Part shown: positions 25,531 through 37,372 of the stretch, in pieces
How positions within the stretch are numbered: the first letter of the stretch is position 1
How the letters are laid out: each line of letters starts with the position of its first letter
Source of the DNA: Hemiscyllium ocellatum
Taxonomy: Eukaryota
Length of the DNA stretch: 64,000 bases
Assembly: GCF_020745735.1 (NCBI RefSeq)
Contig: NC_083449.1
Coordinates: 4,376,923 to 4,440,922 of the forward strand
Reading direction: 5' to 3'
The notes under the pieces: model-generated
What the model saw: the letters and a program-made list of their open reading frames with translations, nothing else
Told to the model about the DNA's origin: nothing
Database searches by the model: none
Position numbers and translations under genes: made by a program

Positions 25531-25712
25531 TCTCACGCATGCGCTCCTCCACTCAGGAACAGTCAGCTTTGGGGTGAAAACTATCAGTCCCAGATACAGT
25601 TGGGGCGGGAGTGAGCTGGATGATCTGTCTGTCACTCAGTTTCCCTCCGGACCCGCCTCTCACTCTCTGTCAGCTCTTTCTCAGTCAGGTCGGGCCGGGC
25701 TGTATAAAAAAG
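25531..25712. promoter_or_regulatory. H4 promoter with bidirectional-promoter motifs
   Basis: NRF1-like ACGCATGCGC 25535-25544, ZNF143-like AACTATCAGTCCCAGA 25579-25594, GC box 25602-25610, H4 site II-like TCAGGTC and TATAAAAA 25703-25710. Confidence 0.7.
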
Positions 25713-25756
25713 GAAGGGGCGGCAGCTCGGCTCTCATTCGGCAGCGATTGGAGTGA

Positions 25757-26077
<321 letters not shown>

Positions 26078-26108
26078 GGGTAAAGCGACCCTTTTCCAGC
26101 GAACCAAA

Positions 26109-26150
26109 GGCTCTTTTCAGAGCCACCCAAACCCTCCGAAAGTGAGCGGG
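26109..26150 (+). promoter_or_regulatory. Histone 3' stem-loop and U7 downstream element (H4)
   Basis: GGCTCTTTTCAGAGCC ACCCA followed by a purine-rich GAAAGTGAG. Confidence 0.95.
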
Positions 26151-26791
26151 GACCTGAGGTCGTGAGAGGCAGCGCATTGAGGGAACTGTTATTGTGGCAG
26201 GTTATTTCACGTTTATCGCGTCTTTTAAAATTATCTCAGTTTCGAAAATGTACCAGTACCGTGTTTTGCGGTACGGCAGAGAGCATTCGGAGTGGACTGT
26301 TCACTTTGTTGCTGTTTACGGTGGCAAATGATTTTACAATTGTATGTACACCTGTAGTGTGGATGAGGTTATTCGGCCAATTGAGGCTACTGTTGTGTAA
26401 GCTGATGTAAAGAATCCCATCTTTGTAATAGTGAGGTGTACGTGCATCAGGGGGTGGAGGGAAGAATGAACCGAGCAGAGAATGAAATGAAGAGGGAAAC
26501 GCTGCAGACAGTGGGAGGAATCAGCTTATTGATGTATTAACGGAAACGTGAAGCCAAACCCGATCGGGAACATCCGTGACACTATTCTAGACTCATTGAT
26601 CAAACATAAAGGTCACTCAGGCAGTGACCCTAATGAGGAATAAAGTATCCAGACACTCTTACAATTTTCCTCTGCTGCCACCGACAGTAACAATATCCAA
26701 TAACAAGAAGATTGAAATGTAGCAATGTTAGGTAAAACGGCAAGGGTTCTACACATTATAAGGAAAGTAATTCAACCCGACAGAGAATTCA

Positions 26792-27497
<706 letters not shown>

Positions 27498-28267
27498 CCA
27501 AACAAAGCAGTATGTTTTACCTGAAAAATGAAGTACAAAAAACTGAGCAAGTTGAAAAAATATTAAGACCCATGTTATTTACTTTTAGTTTACAAATGTG
27601 GACTGTTCTCACACGGTCTTACTCTCCCTCATTTGCCGATCTGTAACTGTCCATTTCTGATCTTGAGAGTGGGTTATTTTCTAAACCTTAAGAAGCAGAG
27701 AAACAACAGGTCAAACACCGCAGTCTGCAACCTGTCTTTCCTTTTCACATTTCAATCCCACCCCGATATGCTGATAAAACAGCACACAGCATTCTTCCGG
27801 CTCAGCATCGAGGGCGAACACGTTTATTTTTCAGGCGATATTTTAAAGCTGACCTCCCTTATCGATCTCGATCAAATTCAGCAAAAGCTCCACGTTTCTG
27901 TCCGGTAGCTGTGTTGGTGTTCTCTTGGTTCGCTTTGGAATTTCTCACCAACGGCATGAAGTGTTATTTTGCAGAGCGAGAAGTCGGCTCAAACCCGCGC
28001 ATTGGAAATGTAAAGTAAATCAGAAGGGAAAATGCATCAACGTGGGGGTGAAAGACGTGGGCATTTTTCTGTCAGGGGTAAACAAGATTAAAAATGACTC
28101 ACTGGCGCCTGATCTGCTCTCGTCCACCCCACTCCCGAATAATTTGCAAAAAAGCACTTATTAACTCAGAAACATATAACGCGATAAGTTAAATTGCTCT
28201 ATCAATAATCACGAACTAAAACAAACAACCGAAGGAATGGTTCAGCTATCTTAGGGACGTTGAGGAT

Positions 28268-28283
28268 GGCTCTTATAAGAGCC
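28268..28283 (-). promoter_or_regulatory. Histone 3' stem-loop (H2B copy 1), variant loop TATA
   Basis: GGCTCTTATAAGAGCC. Confidence 0.88.
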
Positions 28284-28324
28284 TTTGGGTTGTGAATGTG
28301 TGTGTTTCAGTGCAGTGCGGTCCT

Positions 28325-28705
28325 TCACTTGGAGCTGGTGTACTTGGTCACTGCCTTTGTGCCCTCCGACACGGCGTGCTTGGCCAGCTCCCCGGGCAAC
28401 AGCAGCCGCACAGCGGTCTGGATTTCCCGGGAGCTGATGGTGCTGCGCTTGTTGTAATGGGCCAGGCGGGAAGCCTCCCCCGCGATGCGCTCGAAAATAT
28501 CGTTGACGAACGAGTTCATGATGCTCATGGCCTTGGAGGAGATGCCGGTGTCGGGGTGAACCTGCTTCATCACTTTGTAGATGTAGATGGAGTAACTTTC
28601 TCTCCTGGACCTTTTCCTCTTCCTGCTGCCCTTTGCTGGCGCCTTCTTAATGATTTTCTTCGCGCCCTTCTTGGAGGTTTGCTGGGCTTTCTTCTCATCA
28701 GCCAT
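28325..28705 (-). CDS. H2B: Histone H2B
   Basis: [17 protein letters not shown]...[25 protein letters not shown]...AVTKYTSSK, 126 codons, intact. Confidence 0.98.
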   Translation of the reverse strand: MADEKKAQQTSKKGAKKIIKKAPAKGSRKRKRSRRESYSIYIYKVMKQVHPDTGISSKAMSIMNSFVNDIFERIAGEASRLAHYNKRSTISSREIQTAVRLLLPGELAKHAVSEGTKAVTKYTSSK

Positions 28706-28756
28706 CGTCCTACTCACTTTCAGAAACAGAATAAGGTACAGTGGGCTCGGAGCTCC

Positions 28757-28872
28757 CTCTTTATAGACTGACGGCGTAAGCAATGCTAATGAGGGATGGG
28801 GAAAGGCTTGCCTTAGATTGGGTAGTTTACCAAGAGGCATTCCCAAACACGGAGTCTCTCTGATTGGTTAGT
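28757..28872 (-). promoter_or_regulatory. H2B promoter (two CCAAT boxes, octamer ATTAGCAT, TATAAA)
   Basis: Motifs read directly on the minus strand upstream of the H2B ATG. Confidence 0.8.
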
Positions 28873-29690
28873 GAGATCCAATGTGTATCTGCAACGAAAC
28901 GTGAAGTGGATGGTGATTCTGTTCCTGTCAGTCTGACTGAGGGAGATTTGTTTTGTGTCTGCGACACAGAAAGTGACGGTGGTATTGGCTCGGTTTCCTT
29001 TTGCTTGTTGTGATGCTGATGTGTTTCTAGTTCCGCATGTCTGTTCTGTTCCTCTGTATAGGATGGAATTAACACAGAACTTTTCACTGTGTGAAAAAAA
29101 GCTCTCATCCATTCGAAATTGCGATTACATTTGCTGTCAAGCTTCACATACCACTGGAACCTGACTGAATGTTTTCTCCACTTGGGGTTCATCCAACTCA
29201 TTCTCAATTGCACGGAGTTGGAGAAATTATAAGAAAAAGTTTATATGGAGTACTTTTGTTGAGTCATATATTGATGAATATATTTCTGAGATCTTGACTG
29301 ATAACTATGGGCCCAGAAACGTATCGATAACTGGGTGCTTTGAAAGTACCTGCAGTGTACTGAACCACGTTGCTGCACTTTTCAATTAGGCGTCTTGCAG
29401 TTTCATGCAGGGATTTATAACTTTTCTCCGTCTTACGCGAATGCCTGTTAACCAGCAACTGTCAGCATGTTATACATATATGTGTCACTTTAACTTTATA
29501 TCTGTCATGTTCTAATTTACACATTTTGCATTAACTCAACATCTGTCCAATGAGGCTCTGGTCCTCCATCTAATAGTCAGTGTTATTTCAAGACCGATTT
29601 TATTCTGTAACCATCAAACACTGATGTGAGCGGTAAAACGTTACACTATTTGCCAGCCATTTAGAAATATTCCTCCAATCTGTGCCCCCA

Positions 29691-29837
29691 GGAGAAAGTG
29701 AGAACTGCAGATGCTGGGGATCAGAGGCTTATGCCCAAAACGTCGAGATGAAGGGCTTATGCTTAAAACAACGATTCTCCTGCTCCTCGGATGCTGCCTG
29801 ACATGCTGCGCTTTTCCAGGACTACACTCTCGACTCC
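29691..29837. mobile_element. Penelope-type terminal repeat with internal inversion and two decayed hammerhead motifs
   Basis: GAGAAAGTGAGAACTGCAGATGCTG followed by the opposite-orientation GGCTTATGCCCAAAACGTCGA-GATGAAGGGCTTATG; paralogs at about 42110 and 52323. Confidence 0.6.
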
Positions 29838-30539
29838 AATCTGTGCCCGTCTGTTTCTGAGATGTATTTTTGTAAACTCTACTTCACAATCTTAACATGT
29901 CAGTATGTTACTGGACTGTAACTCAAACCTTCCAAAGTGTACCTTGTTGCTTTACTCTGTCGGTGTGAAATTTGAAAGTACCAGGTACCACTTTGGACAG
30001 ACTCAGGTAGGACTCACTACCCTCCACTCCCATGCCCCATGAATATCAGCTTCTGCAAATTGAACTTGGGTTTGTATTTATAACTGCAGCATTTTGATAA
30101 AGGATAATGTACATTGTTACTGACAATATCTGCAACATCACTGCGGATGTTACATTGGCTAGAAACTGGCATAAACAATCAATAGTTGTATTATATCCTA
30201 ACGATTTATTGCTTTGCAACTGACTCAGTATTTCATTCTATAAATGCCAGTTTATTCTTTCTAATCTTGTATTTACTCAGTATCAGTCAATTACTGGCAT
30301 GACATAGAGCAAATATCTCAACATCTCAAAGTTTCTGATGAAATGGGTGGTTTTTTTTCCACTCCATCCTTGATATATCTGGGTAACTTATAACTGAATC
30401 GATCAGTGTGTGATCTGTGAGCACACACACATCAGTAAGTTAAAGATAAAGTGTATAGTGAATGATGCTGCAGATACAGTGTCTCTGCTGTAGTTATTAA
30501 TTTCTTTCAATCTTCTGTCACTTTAAATATCTCAAAGCA

Positions 30540-30952
30540 GAAGACCATAAGAAGCTTGAGAATTCTGTGACATTTCTATCTGCATGTGTGTACTCTGTCC
30601 TGAGAAGAGATCACAAAGACTTTAGTTATGGTCTTCATCTCATTTTGATGTTTAGTGCCCATAACCAAAGACTCCCTGATGTATCAAAAAAGATATATGG
30701 CTACATTAGCATAAAGTAAGCTGATAACTCAACCCTAACAGCTTTCTGTGGAACAGAATAAGGGGACAATGTTCTGCATTGCTTTCTTAGACAGAAGGCT
30801 TCCTGTTCAAAACTGTGTCCCTCACTCGGGATTCTCTCATGAGCAGTGACATAACCCCAGCATCAACTCTGTCAACTCCCTTCAGATCATTTTTATTTTG
30901 CTCTAAAGGTCATCCATTGTTCTTCAAAACTCCAATGAGAATATACCCAACC
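30540..30952 (-). mobile_element. Old CR1 3' end
   Basis: AGACCATAAGA tail and similarity to 43712-44130 (AAACTCCAATGA). Confidence 0.5.
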
Positions 30953-30974
30953 ATTTTATACGTATAATGAGAGC

Positions 30975-31990
30975 ATATCAATCTGCATCTCTAAGCTTCT
31001 GCTATTTGAATATGAGGGTACAGGGATCACACTTTCCCAGTAAGATTCTGCTATGTGCATACCTATGTGAATTTCTCACCCTAGACCTGTTGGTTTCTAC
31101 TGTGTGAAAACAACAGTTTCTACTCTCAAATGGGATAGTTTAATCAATCGTCCATGTCAGTTTCTGTATTGTTAAAATGTGAACGTAGTTATCAATGTCA
31201 ACCTGCCATCTTCTGTGAAGTGAACATGTGGGGGTCCATATTGAAATGTACCTGTTGCTTTCAGCGACAGGAATGCATGAGTTTAGTTATCATTATTTTC
31301 CTGTCAGTTTCTTCGATGTGAATGAATTGGTGTAGTTATCCACCTGTACTGATGAAGGGCTTTTAAACAAAACGTCGATTCTTCTGCTCCTTGGATGCTT
31401 TCTGGCCTGTACCTTTCCAGTACCACACTCCTGACTCTAATCTCCAGTATCTGCAGTCCTCAGCTTTGCCTATCCATTTGTACCTGTCAGTTTCTGATCT
31501 GTGAATATGGAAGTGTCGTTATTGATCTGTCCATCAGTTTCTTTAATTTGAATATGACTGTCTAGTCATCTATCTCTCCCTGTCAGTTTCTGTGATGTGA
31601 TGACAGTCCAATTATTTATCTGCCCTTGTCAGTTTCTGCTGTGTGAATATGAGAGTGGCATTATCAGTCTCTACCTGTCAGCTTTTGCTATGTCAATGTG
31701 ATTTTAGTTATCAATCTGCCTCATTAGGTTCTAGGTGAATGTAAAAATGTAGTTATCAATATATACCTGTAGATTCTGCTCTGGGAATGTGGGTGTGTTA
31801 TCAAAATGTACCGGTCAGTTTCTGCAACGTGAATGTTTGAGTGCAGATTTCAATCTGTATCAGACAGTTTCTGCAATCATCAGTCTATCCCTGACATATA
31901 GTTGAAGCTGAATGGATGAGTGCATCTGTACCGGAAAGTATCTGTACCTGTCAGTTTGTGTTCTGTGAATAAGTGAGTGTACTTACACAT
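30975..31990 (-). repeat. ~47-bp minisatellite array (reverse) with a pLTR-like insert at about 31350-31470
   Basis: CCTGTCAGTTTCTG repeats. Confidence 0.72.
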
Positions 31991-32094
31991 TTGTCTCTGT
32001 TAAACATGACACTTGCAGAAACAGCAGGAGCTCTATTTACTTCAAATCTCTATTGCTCAACATGAATAAGATTTTATCTATTGCCATCCATGTC

Positions 32095-32425
32095 AGGGTG
32101 GCATGGTGGCACAGTTGTGCCAGGGACGCAGATTCAATTCCAGCCTTGGTTCATTATCTGTGTGCAGTTTGCACCTTCTGCCAGTGTCTGCATAAGTTTC
32201 CTCTGCGTGCTCTAGTTTCTTTGCATGGTCCAAACATGTGCAGGTTTGCTGGAATAGCCATGGTAAATTGTCCTGTATTATTCAAGGATGTGCAGTGTCA
32301 GTGGGTTAACTGTGGTAAACGTGAAGTTATGGGGATAGGGTGGGGTCTACGTCTATGTGGGATCAGATTTGGAGAGTTGTTGCAGGGGACTGGGCCAAAT
32401 TACCTCTCTCTGCACTGGAGAAATT
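32095..32425 (+). mobile_element. Old diverged HE1/V-type SINE
   Basis: GGCATGGTGGCACAG..GATTCAATTCCAGCC..TGTGTGCAGTTTGCAC..GCCATGGTAAATTG. Confidence 0.7.
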
Positions 32426-33792
32426 CTATGTATTGTAAATGAAAGTGAGACTTTTGCTATCATTAATCAATCTCAACAGTGTAAAGCAGTTTGGATAATT
32501 TCCACAACTTTTATTCAATGGCACAGTTTTTGATTAAGTTATATTCGGCATCTGTATTTGAATTTATTGTTCACATGTTTATAAACAGACCACTTTATGA
32601 GAGCTTTCTCACTGTGTGTCCAATCACCTCTGGTATCTGTCTGAATGTGTACCTCTTCATGTCAATATTTGATTTCCCTTTGTACAGGTATGATGTTCTG
32701 GAAAGTGTAGGGGGGTGATGGCTGTTCATGCTACATTCCCCTGAGAATCCAAGTTTCTGGTACTGAGACTGGCTCGAATGCAACGAGGGGTACATCGGCT
32801 TCCAAGAGATCAATTGTGTGAGGGGATTCTGTCGTCCGAGGTACAGACAGACGTTTCTGTGGCCAGCAGCGATAAAGCAGAATGGTGTTGGTTCCGTGGT
32901 GCCAGGATCAAGGGTGTCTCAGAGAGGGTACAGAATGTTCTCACGGGTGAAGAGGGGACAGCAAGAGGTCATTGTCCACATTGGAACCAACAACATAGGA
33001 AGGGAAAAGGTTGTGATTCTGAAGGGAGATTACAGAGAGTTAGGCAGAAATTTAAAAAGGAATTTACAAGCTAGTGAGAGCAGGAATAGGAGGATAGAAC
33101 AGATGAATGCATGGCAGAGGAACTGGTGCATGGGGAAGGATTCATATTTTTGGATCATTGGAATCTCTTTTGGGGTAGAAGTGACTTTTATAAGGAGGAC
33201 GGATTGCACCTAAATTGGAAGGGGACTAATATACTGGCAGGAAATTTCTTCGATCTGCTCGGGACAATTTAAACTAGTAAGGTGGGCGGGGGGAAACGGG
33301 ACCACGGACGTAGTGAGGAAAGAGATCAGTCTGAGACTGGTACAGTTAAGAACAGAAGTGAGACAAACAATCAGGGCAAGCAGGGACAAGGTAGGACGAA
33401 TAAACTAAACTGCATTTACTTCAAGGCAAGGGAAGTAAATGCAGGGAAAGCAGATGAACTTAGGGCATAGTTAGGAACATAGGACTGGGATATCATAGCA
33501 ATTACAGAAACATGGCTCAGGGATGGGCAGGATTGGCAGCTTGATGTTACAGGATACAAATGCTACAGGAAGGACATAAAGGGATGCAAAAGAGGAGGGG
33601 GTGTGGCATTTTGAGAAGGGATAACATTACAGCTGTGCTCAGAGAGGATGTTCCTGGAAATACATCCAGGGAAGTTATTTGGGTGGAACTGAGAAATAAG
33701 AAAGGGATAATCACCTTATTGGGATTGTATTATAGACCTCCGAATAGTCAGAGGGAAATTGAGAATCAAACTTGTAAGGAGGTCTCAGCTAT

Positions 33793-35005
33793 AACCACGG
33801 TAGCGTGGCCGAGTGGTCTAAGGTGCTGGATTTAGGCTCCAGGCATTTTAATTTCAGTAAAGTGTTCGACAAGGTTCACCATGGGAGCTGATTAGCAAGG
33901 TTATATCTCATGGAATACATTTGAATACAGAACTGGCTCAAAAGTAGAAGACAGAAGGTGGTGGTGGAGGGTTGTTTTTCAGACTGAAGGCCTGTGACCA
34001 GTGGAATGCCACAAGGATCGGTGCTGGGCCCTCTACCTTTTGTCATTTACATAAATGATTTGGATGCGAGCATAAGAGGTACAGTTAGTAAGTTTGCAGA
34101 TGACACTAAAATTGGAGGTGTAGTGGACAGCGAAGAGGGTGACCTCAGATTACAATAGGATCTGGACCAGATGGGCCAATGGGCTGAGAAGTGGCAGATG
34201 GAGTTTAATTCAGATAAATGCGAGGTGCTGCATTTTGGGAAAGAAAATCTTAGCAGGACTTATATACTTAATGGTAAGGTCCTACGGAGTGTTGCTGAAC
34301 AAAGAAACCTTGGAGTGCAGGTTCATACCTCCTCAAAAGTAGAGTCGCAGGTAGATAGGATAGTGAAGAAGGCGTTTGGTATCTTTTCCTTTATTGGTCA
34401 GAGTATGGAGAACAGGAGTTAGGAGTCATGTTGCGCTGTACAGGACATTGGTTCGGCCACTGTTGGAATATTGCGTGCAATTCTGGTCTCCTTCCTATCG
34501 GAAAGATGTTGTGAAACTTGAAAGGGTTCAGAAAAGATTTACAAGGATGTTGCCAAGGTTGGAGGATCTGAGCGATAAGATAAGCTGAACAGTCTGGGGC
34601 TGTTTTCCCTGGAGCGTCGGAGGCTGAGGGGTGACCTTATAGAGGTTTACAAAATTATGAGGAGCATGGATAGGATAAATAAGCAAAGTCTTTTCCCTGG
34701 GGTCAGGGAGTCCAGAACTAGAAGGCATAGGTTTAGGGTGAGAGGGGAAAGATATAAAAGAGACCAAAGGGGCAACCTTTTCACATAGAGGGTGGTTCGT
34801 GTATGGAATGAGCTGCCAGAGGATGTGGTGGAGGCTGGTGCAATTGCAACATTTAAGAGGCATTTGGATGGTTATATGAATAGGAAGAGTTTGAATATGG
34901 GTCGGGTGCTGGCAGGTGGGACTAGATTGGGTTGGGATATCTGGTTGGAATGGACGGGTTGGACGGATGGGTCTGTTTCCATGCTGTACATCTCTATGAC
35001 TCTAT
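33793..35005 (+). mobile_element. Chimeric retrocopy: tRNA-Leu 5' half fused to a CR1 RT/3' end
   Basis: Inserted between host CR1 bases GCTAT and CTGTAAGAATAAT, which are contiguous in the CR1 copy at 8293-8310; ends in a TCTATGAC-type tail. Confidence 0.8.
33799..33848 (+). pseudogene. tRNA-Leu(UAG) 5' fragment (acceptor 5' strand, D arm, anticodon arm, part of variable arm)
   Basis: GGTAGCGTGGCCGAGTGGTCTAAGGTGCTGGATTTAGGCTCCAGGCATTT matches vertebrate tRNA-Leu-TAG; T arm and 3' acceptor are missing. Confidence 0.9.
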
Positions 35006-35902
35006 CTGTAAGAATAATAGGGTGGTTATGGTAGGGGATTTTAACTTTTCAAACATAGACTGGGACTGACATAGTGTTCAAGGTTTAGATGGAGAGCAAT
35101 TTGTTGAGTGCGTACACGACAATTTTCTGATTCACTATGTGGATGTATCTACCAGAGAAGATGCAAAACCTGACCTACTCTTGGGAAACAAGGCAGGGCA
35201 GGTGACTGAGGTGTCAGTGGGTGAGCACTTTGGGCCAGCGACCATAATTCTATTAGATTTAAAATAGTGATGGGAAAGGATAGACCAGATCCAAAAGTTG
35301 AAATTCTAAATTGGAGAAAGGGCAATTTTGACGGTATTAGGCTCCTACCAGTCCATGCCGACCAGATATCCCAACCCAATCTACTCCTGCTGCCAGCACC
35401 TGGCCTATGCTGTACATCTCTATGACTCTGAGACATAAGGGGCAGTTTTATTTTTAAACAAAGTGATGGTAGCAGTGGGACACACTGCCTGGGGTGGAGA
35501 TGGAGGAAGATACAACAAGGGTATTGAAAGGACTTTTAGGTAAGCAAATGAATATGTAAAGACTAGAGGATTATGGACCAAGCCAGGGAGAAGGGATTAA
35601 TTGCATTTTGGTGGCATGTTCGGCACAACATGGTGGGCCGAAGGACCCATTCCTGTCCGTACTGTTCGATGTTCATATTTTAATGCAGTGTATATTTTGG
35701 ATGAGAATGCATTCAAGTTGATTGAAACTGGGTAGGATGCATTTAGAATATAGATTAAAAAATATAAACTTCAGTTTCCTTGGTGGTGTTTGACTCTTGG
35801 TTTGAACATATCTCTCTGGGAATGGAGCTCAATGTGAACCTGACTCAATCCACTCTGTGACTGTGGAAAGGATTGTTCTTCACTCTGATAGCAGTAACAT
35901 AC

Positions 35903-36010
35903 CTGCTGTTTGTTCGAAGCAACTGGTCACACTTGGCTCTGTACCGAGGGAATATTACATTGTCTTGGTCCTTTGAGTACTTGCCTGGAGGAAGACAGAA
36001 GGGATACCTC
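35903..36010 (-). other. 108-nt exon-like module, distal type
   Basis: aatcaCAG acceptor and CAG|GTATGT donor. Confidence 0.55.
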
Positions 36011-36068
36011 CTGTGATTGGCAACATCAACGTAACATTCAGTTCCTCATCATTAAGGTTTTTTTTAAA

Positions 36069-36137
36069 TTAAAGCCAGCAATGTCAACCGAACCATGGGT
36101 CTGATTCCACTCCGGCCCTAAGCTGTTCCTTGTCCAT
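36069..36137 (-). pseudogene. Small-ORF module MDKEQLRAGVESDPWFG* (premature stop)
   Basis: The first 16 codons encode the same protein as 18893-18961 despite five third-position changes. Confidence 0.45.
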
Positions 36138-36385
36138 TTTTTATTAAAATAGTAAGCCCAAAGGAATGAGATCCAGAAATGAAACAACACCCGTACAGCT
36201 CCATAAATGGGACCTACCAGATGCAAGTGGGTATTTGGATATGTGAGTTTAGTTATTGATCTATGTCTGTCAGTTTCTGCTTGGAGAATGTGAGAGTGTA
36301 GTTATAAAACTGTAACATTCATTATATGGTCAATATATTTACATATTCACACTGCAAAGACTGGCAGGGTCCAATTGATAACTAT

Positions 36386-37372
36386 AGAATCATAAAAATA
36401 ATACAGCACAGAGGGGGCTACTTAGCCGTCTTATCCATGCCAACCCAAAAACACCCAAAGGCCCTTTCTCATCCCATCTTCTTGCCGCAGCCCGTAACCT
36501 TGCAGTTAACGGAACTGGGAGTGCAGTTCCAGAGATTTTTGTTTAAAAGAGTTTAGGGTCTCTGCCTCCAGCACCAAATCAGGCAGGAAATTCCAGATAC
36601 CCACCACTCTATGCATAAAAAAAATTCCTCACGTATCATGTAATCCTACACTACTTAGTTTGAATCAATAATCCCTTGTGTTTGAACTCTCTGCCAAAGG
36701 AAACAGGTTCGTCCTGCGTACTCTAATCTCTCCCTCTCACTATTTCGTGAAAAATCACACAACACAAGGTTATAGGTATATTTGGAAGCACAAGCTTTCA
36801 GAGTGCACACAATACTCCAGTTGTAGCCTCATCAGTGCCTTATATGGTTTCATTGTTATATCCCTACTTTTCAATTCCATCCCTCTGCCTATGAAGGAGA
36901 GCATTCCACGTGCCTCCTTCACAACTCCATCTACCCATAGTGACCCATACACTTGCACACTCACCCAGCCCCTCAGTATATTCCCATTTACTGTTTGACT
37001 TCCCAAAATGCATTCCCTCACACTTCTCAGAGCTGAACTCCATCTGCCATTTTCCTGCCCACTCCACCAAACCATCTATAATACTTTTGGAGATGACAGC
37101 TATCTTCTACACTATCCACTAAATAGCCAACTTTTGTGTCATCTGCAAATTTCACAAATCTGCCCATCACATTCAAGTCCAAATCCTTAATGTATAAAAC
37201 AAACAGCAGAGGTCCCAACACTGAGCTATACAGAGCACCACTTGAAACAGCTTTCCATTCACAAGAGCAGCCATCAACCATTACCATTTGTTTCCTGTTA
37301 CTCAGCCAACTTTGCATCCAATTCAACACATTACCCTGTATCCCACAGCTTTTACTTTTTGAACCAGTCAGC
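36386..37372 (-). mobile_element. Old CR1 RT/3' fragment
   Basis: SSVLGPLLFVLYIKDL, KFADDTKVG and WQMEFSSEKC. Confidence 0.82.

Larger units (their letters stand above)
32685..35430 (+). mobile_element. CR1 LINE (ORF1 and endonuclease part) with a nested tRNA-CR1 chimera and an inverted 3' UTR piece
   Basis: VIVHIGTNNIG and IWVELRNKKG..YYRPPNS; host sequence resumes at 35006 after the insert. Confidence 0.88.

Noticed and set aside
28706-28846. N-terminally extended H2B/H2A/H4 proteins suggested by the ORF track
   Set aside because: The extensions begin at non-ATG codons and, for H2B, run through the TATA/octamer promoter; the true starts are the canonical ATGs.
33799-33880. Complete tRNA-Leu gene
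   Set aside because: T arm and 3' acceptor strand are absent and the sequence continues as CR1; reported as a fragment.
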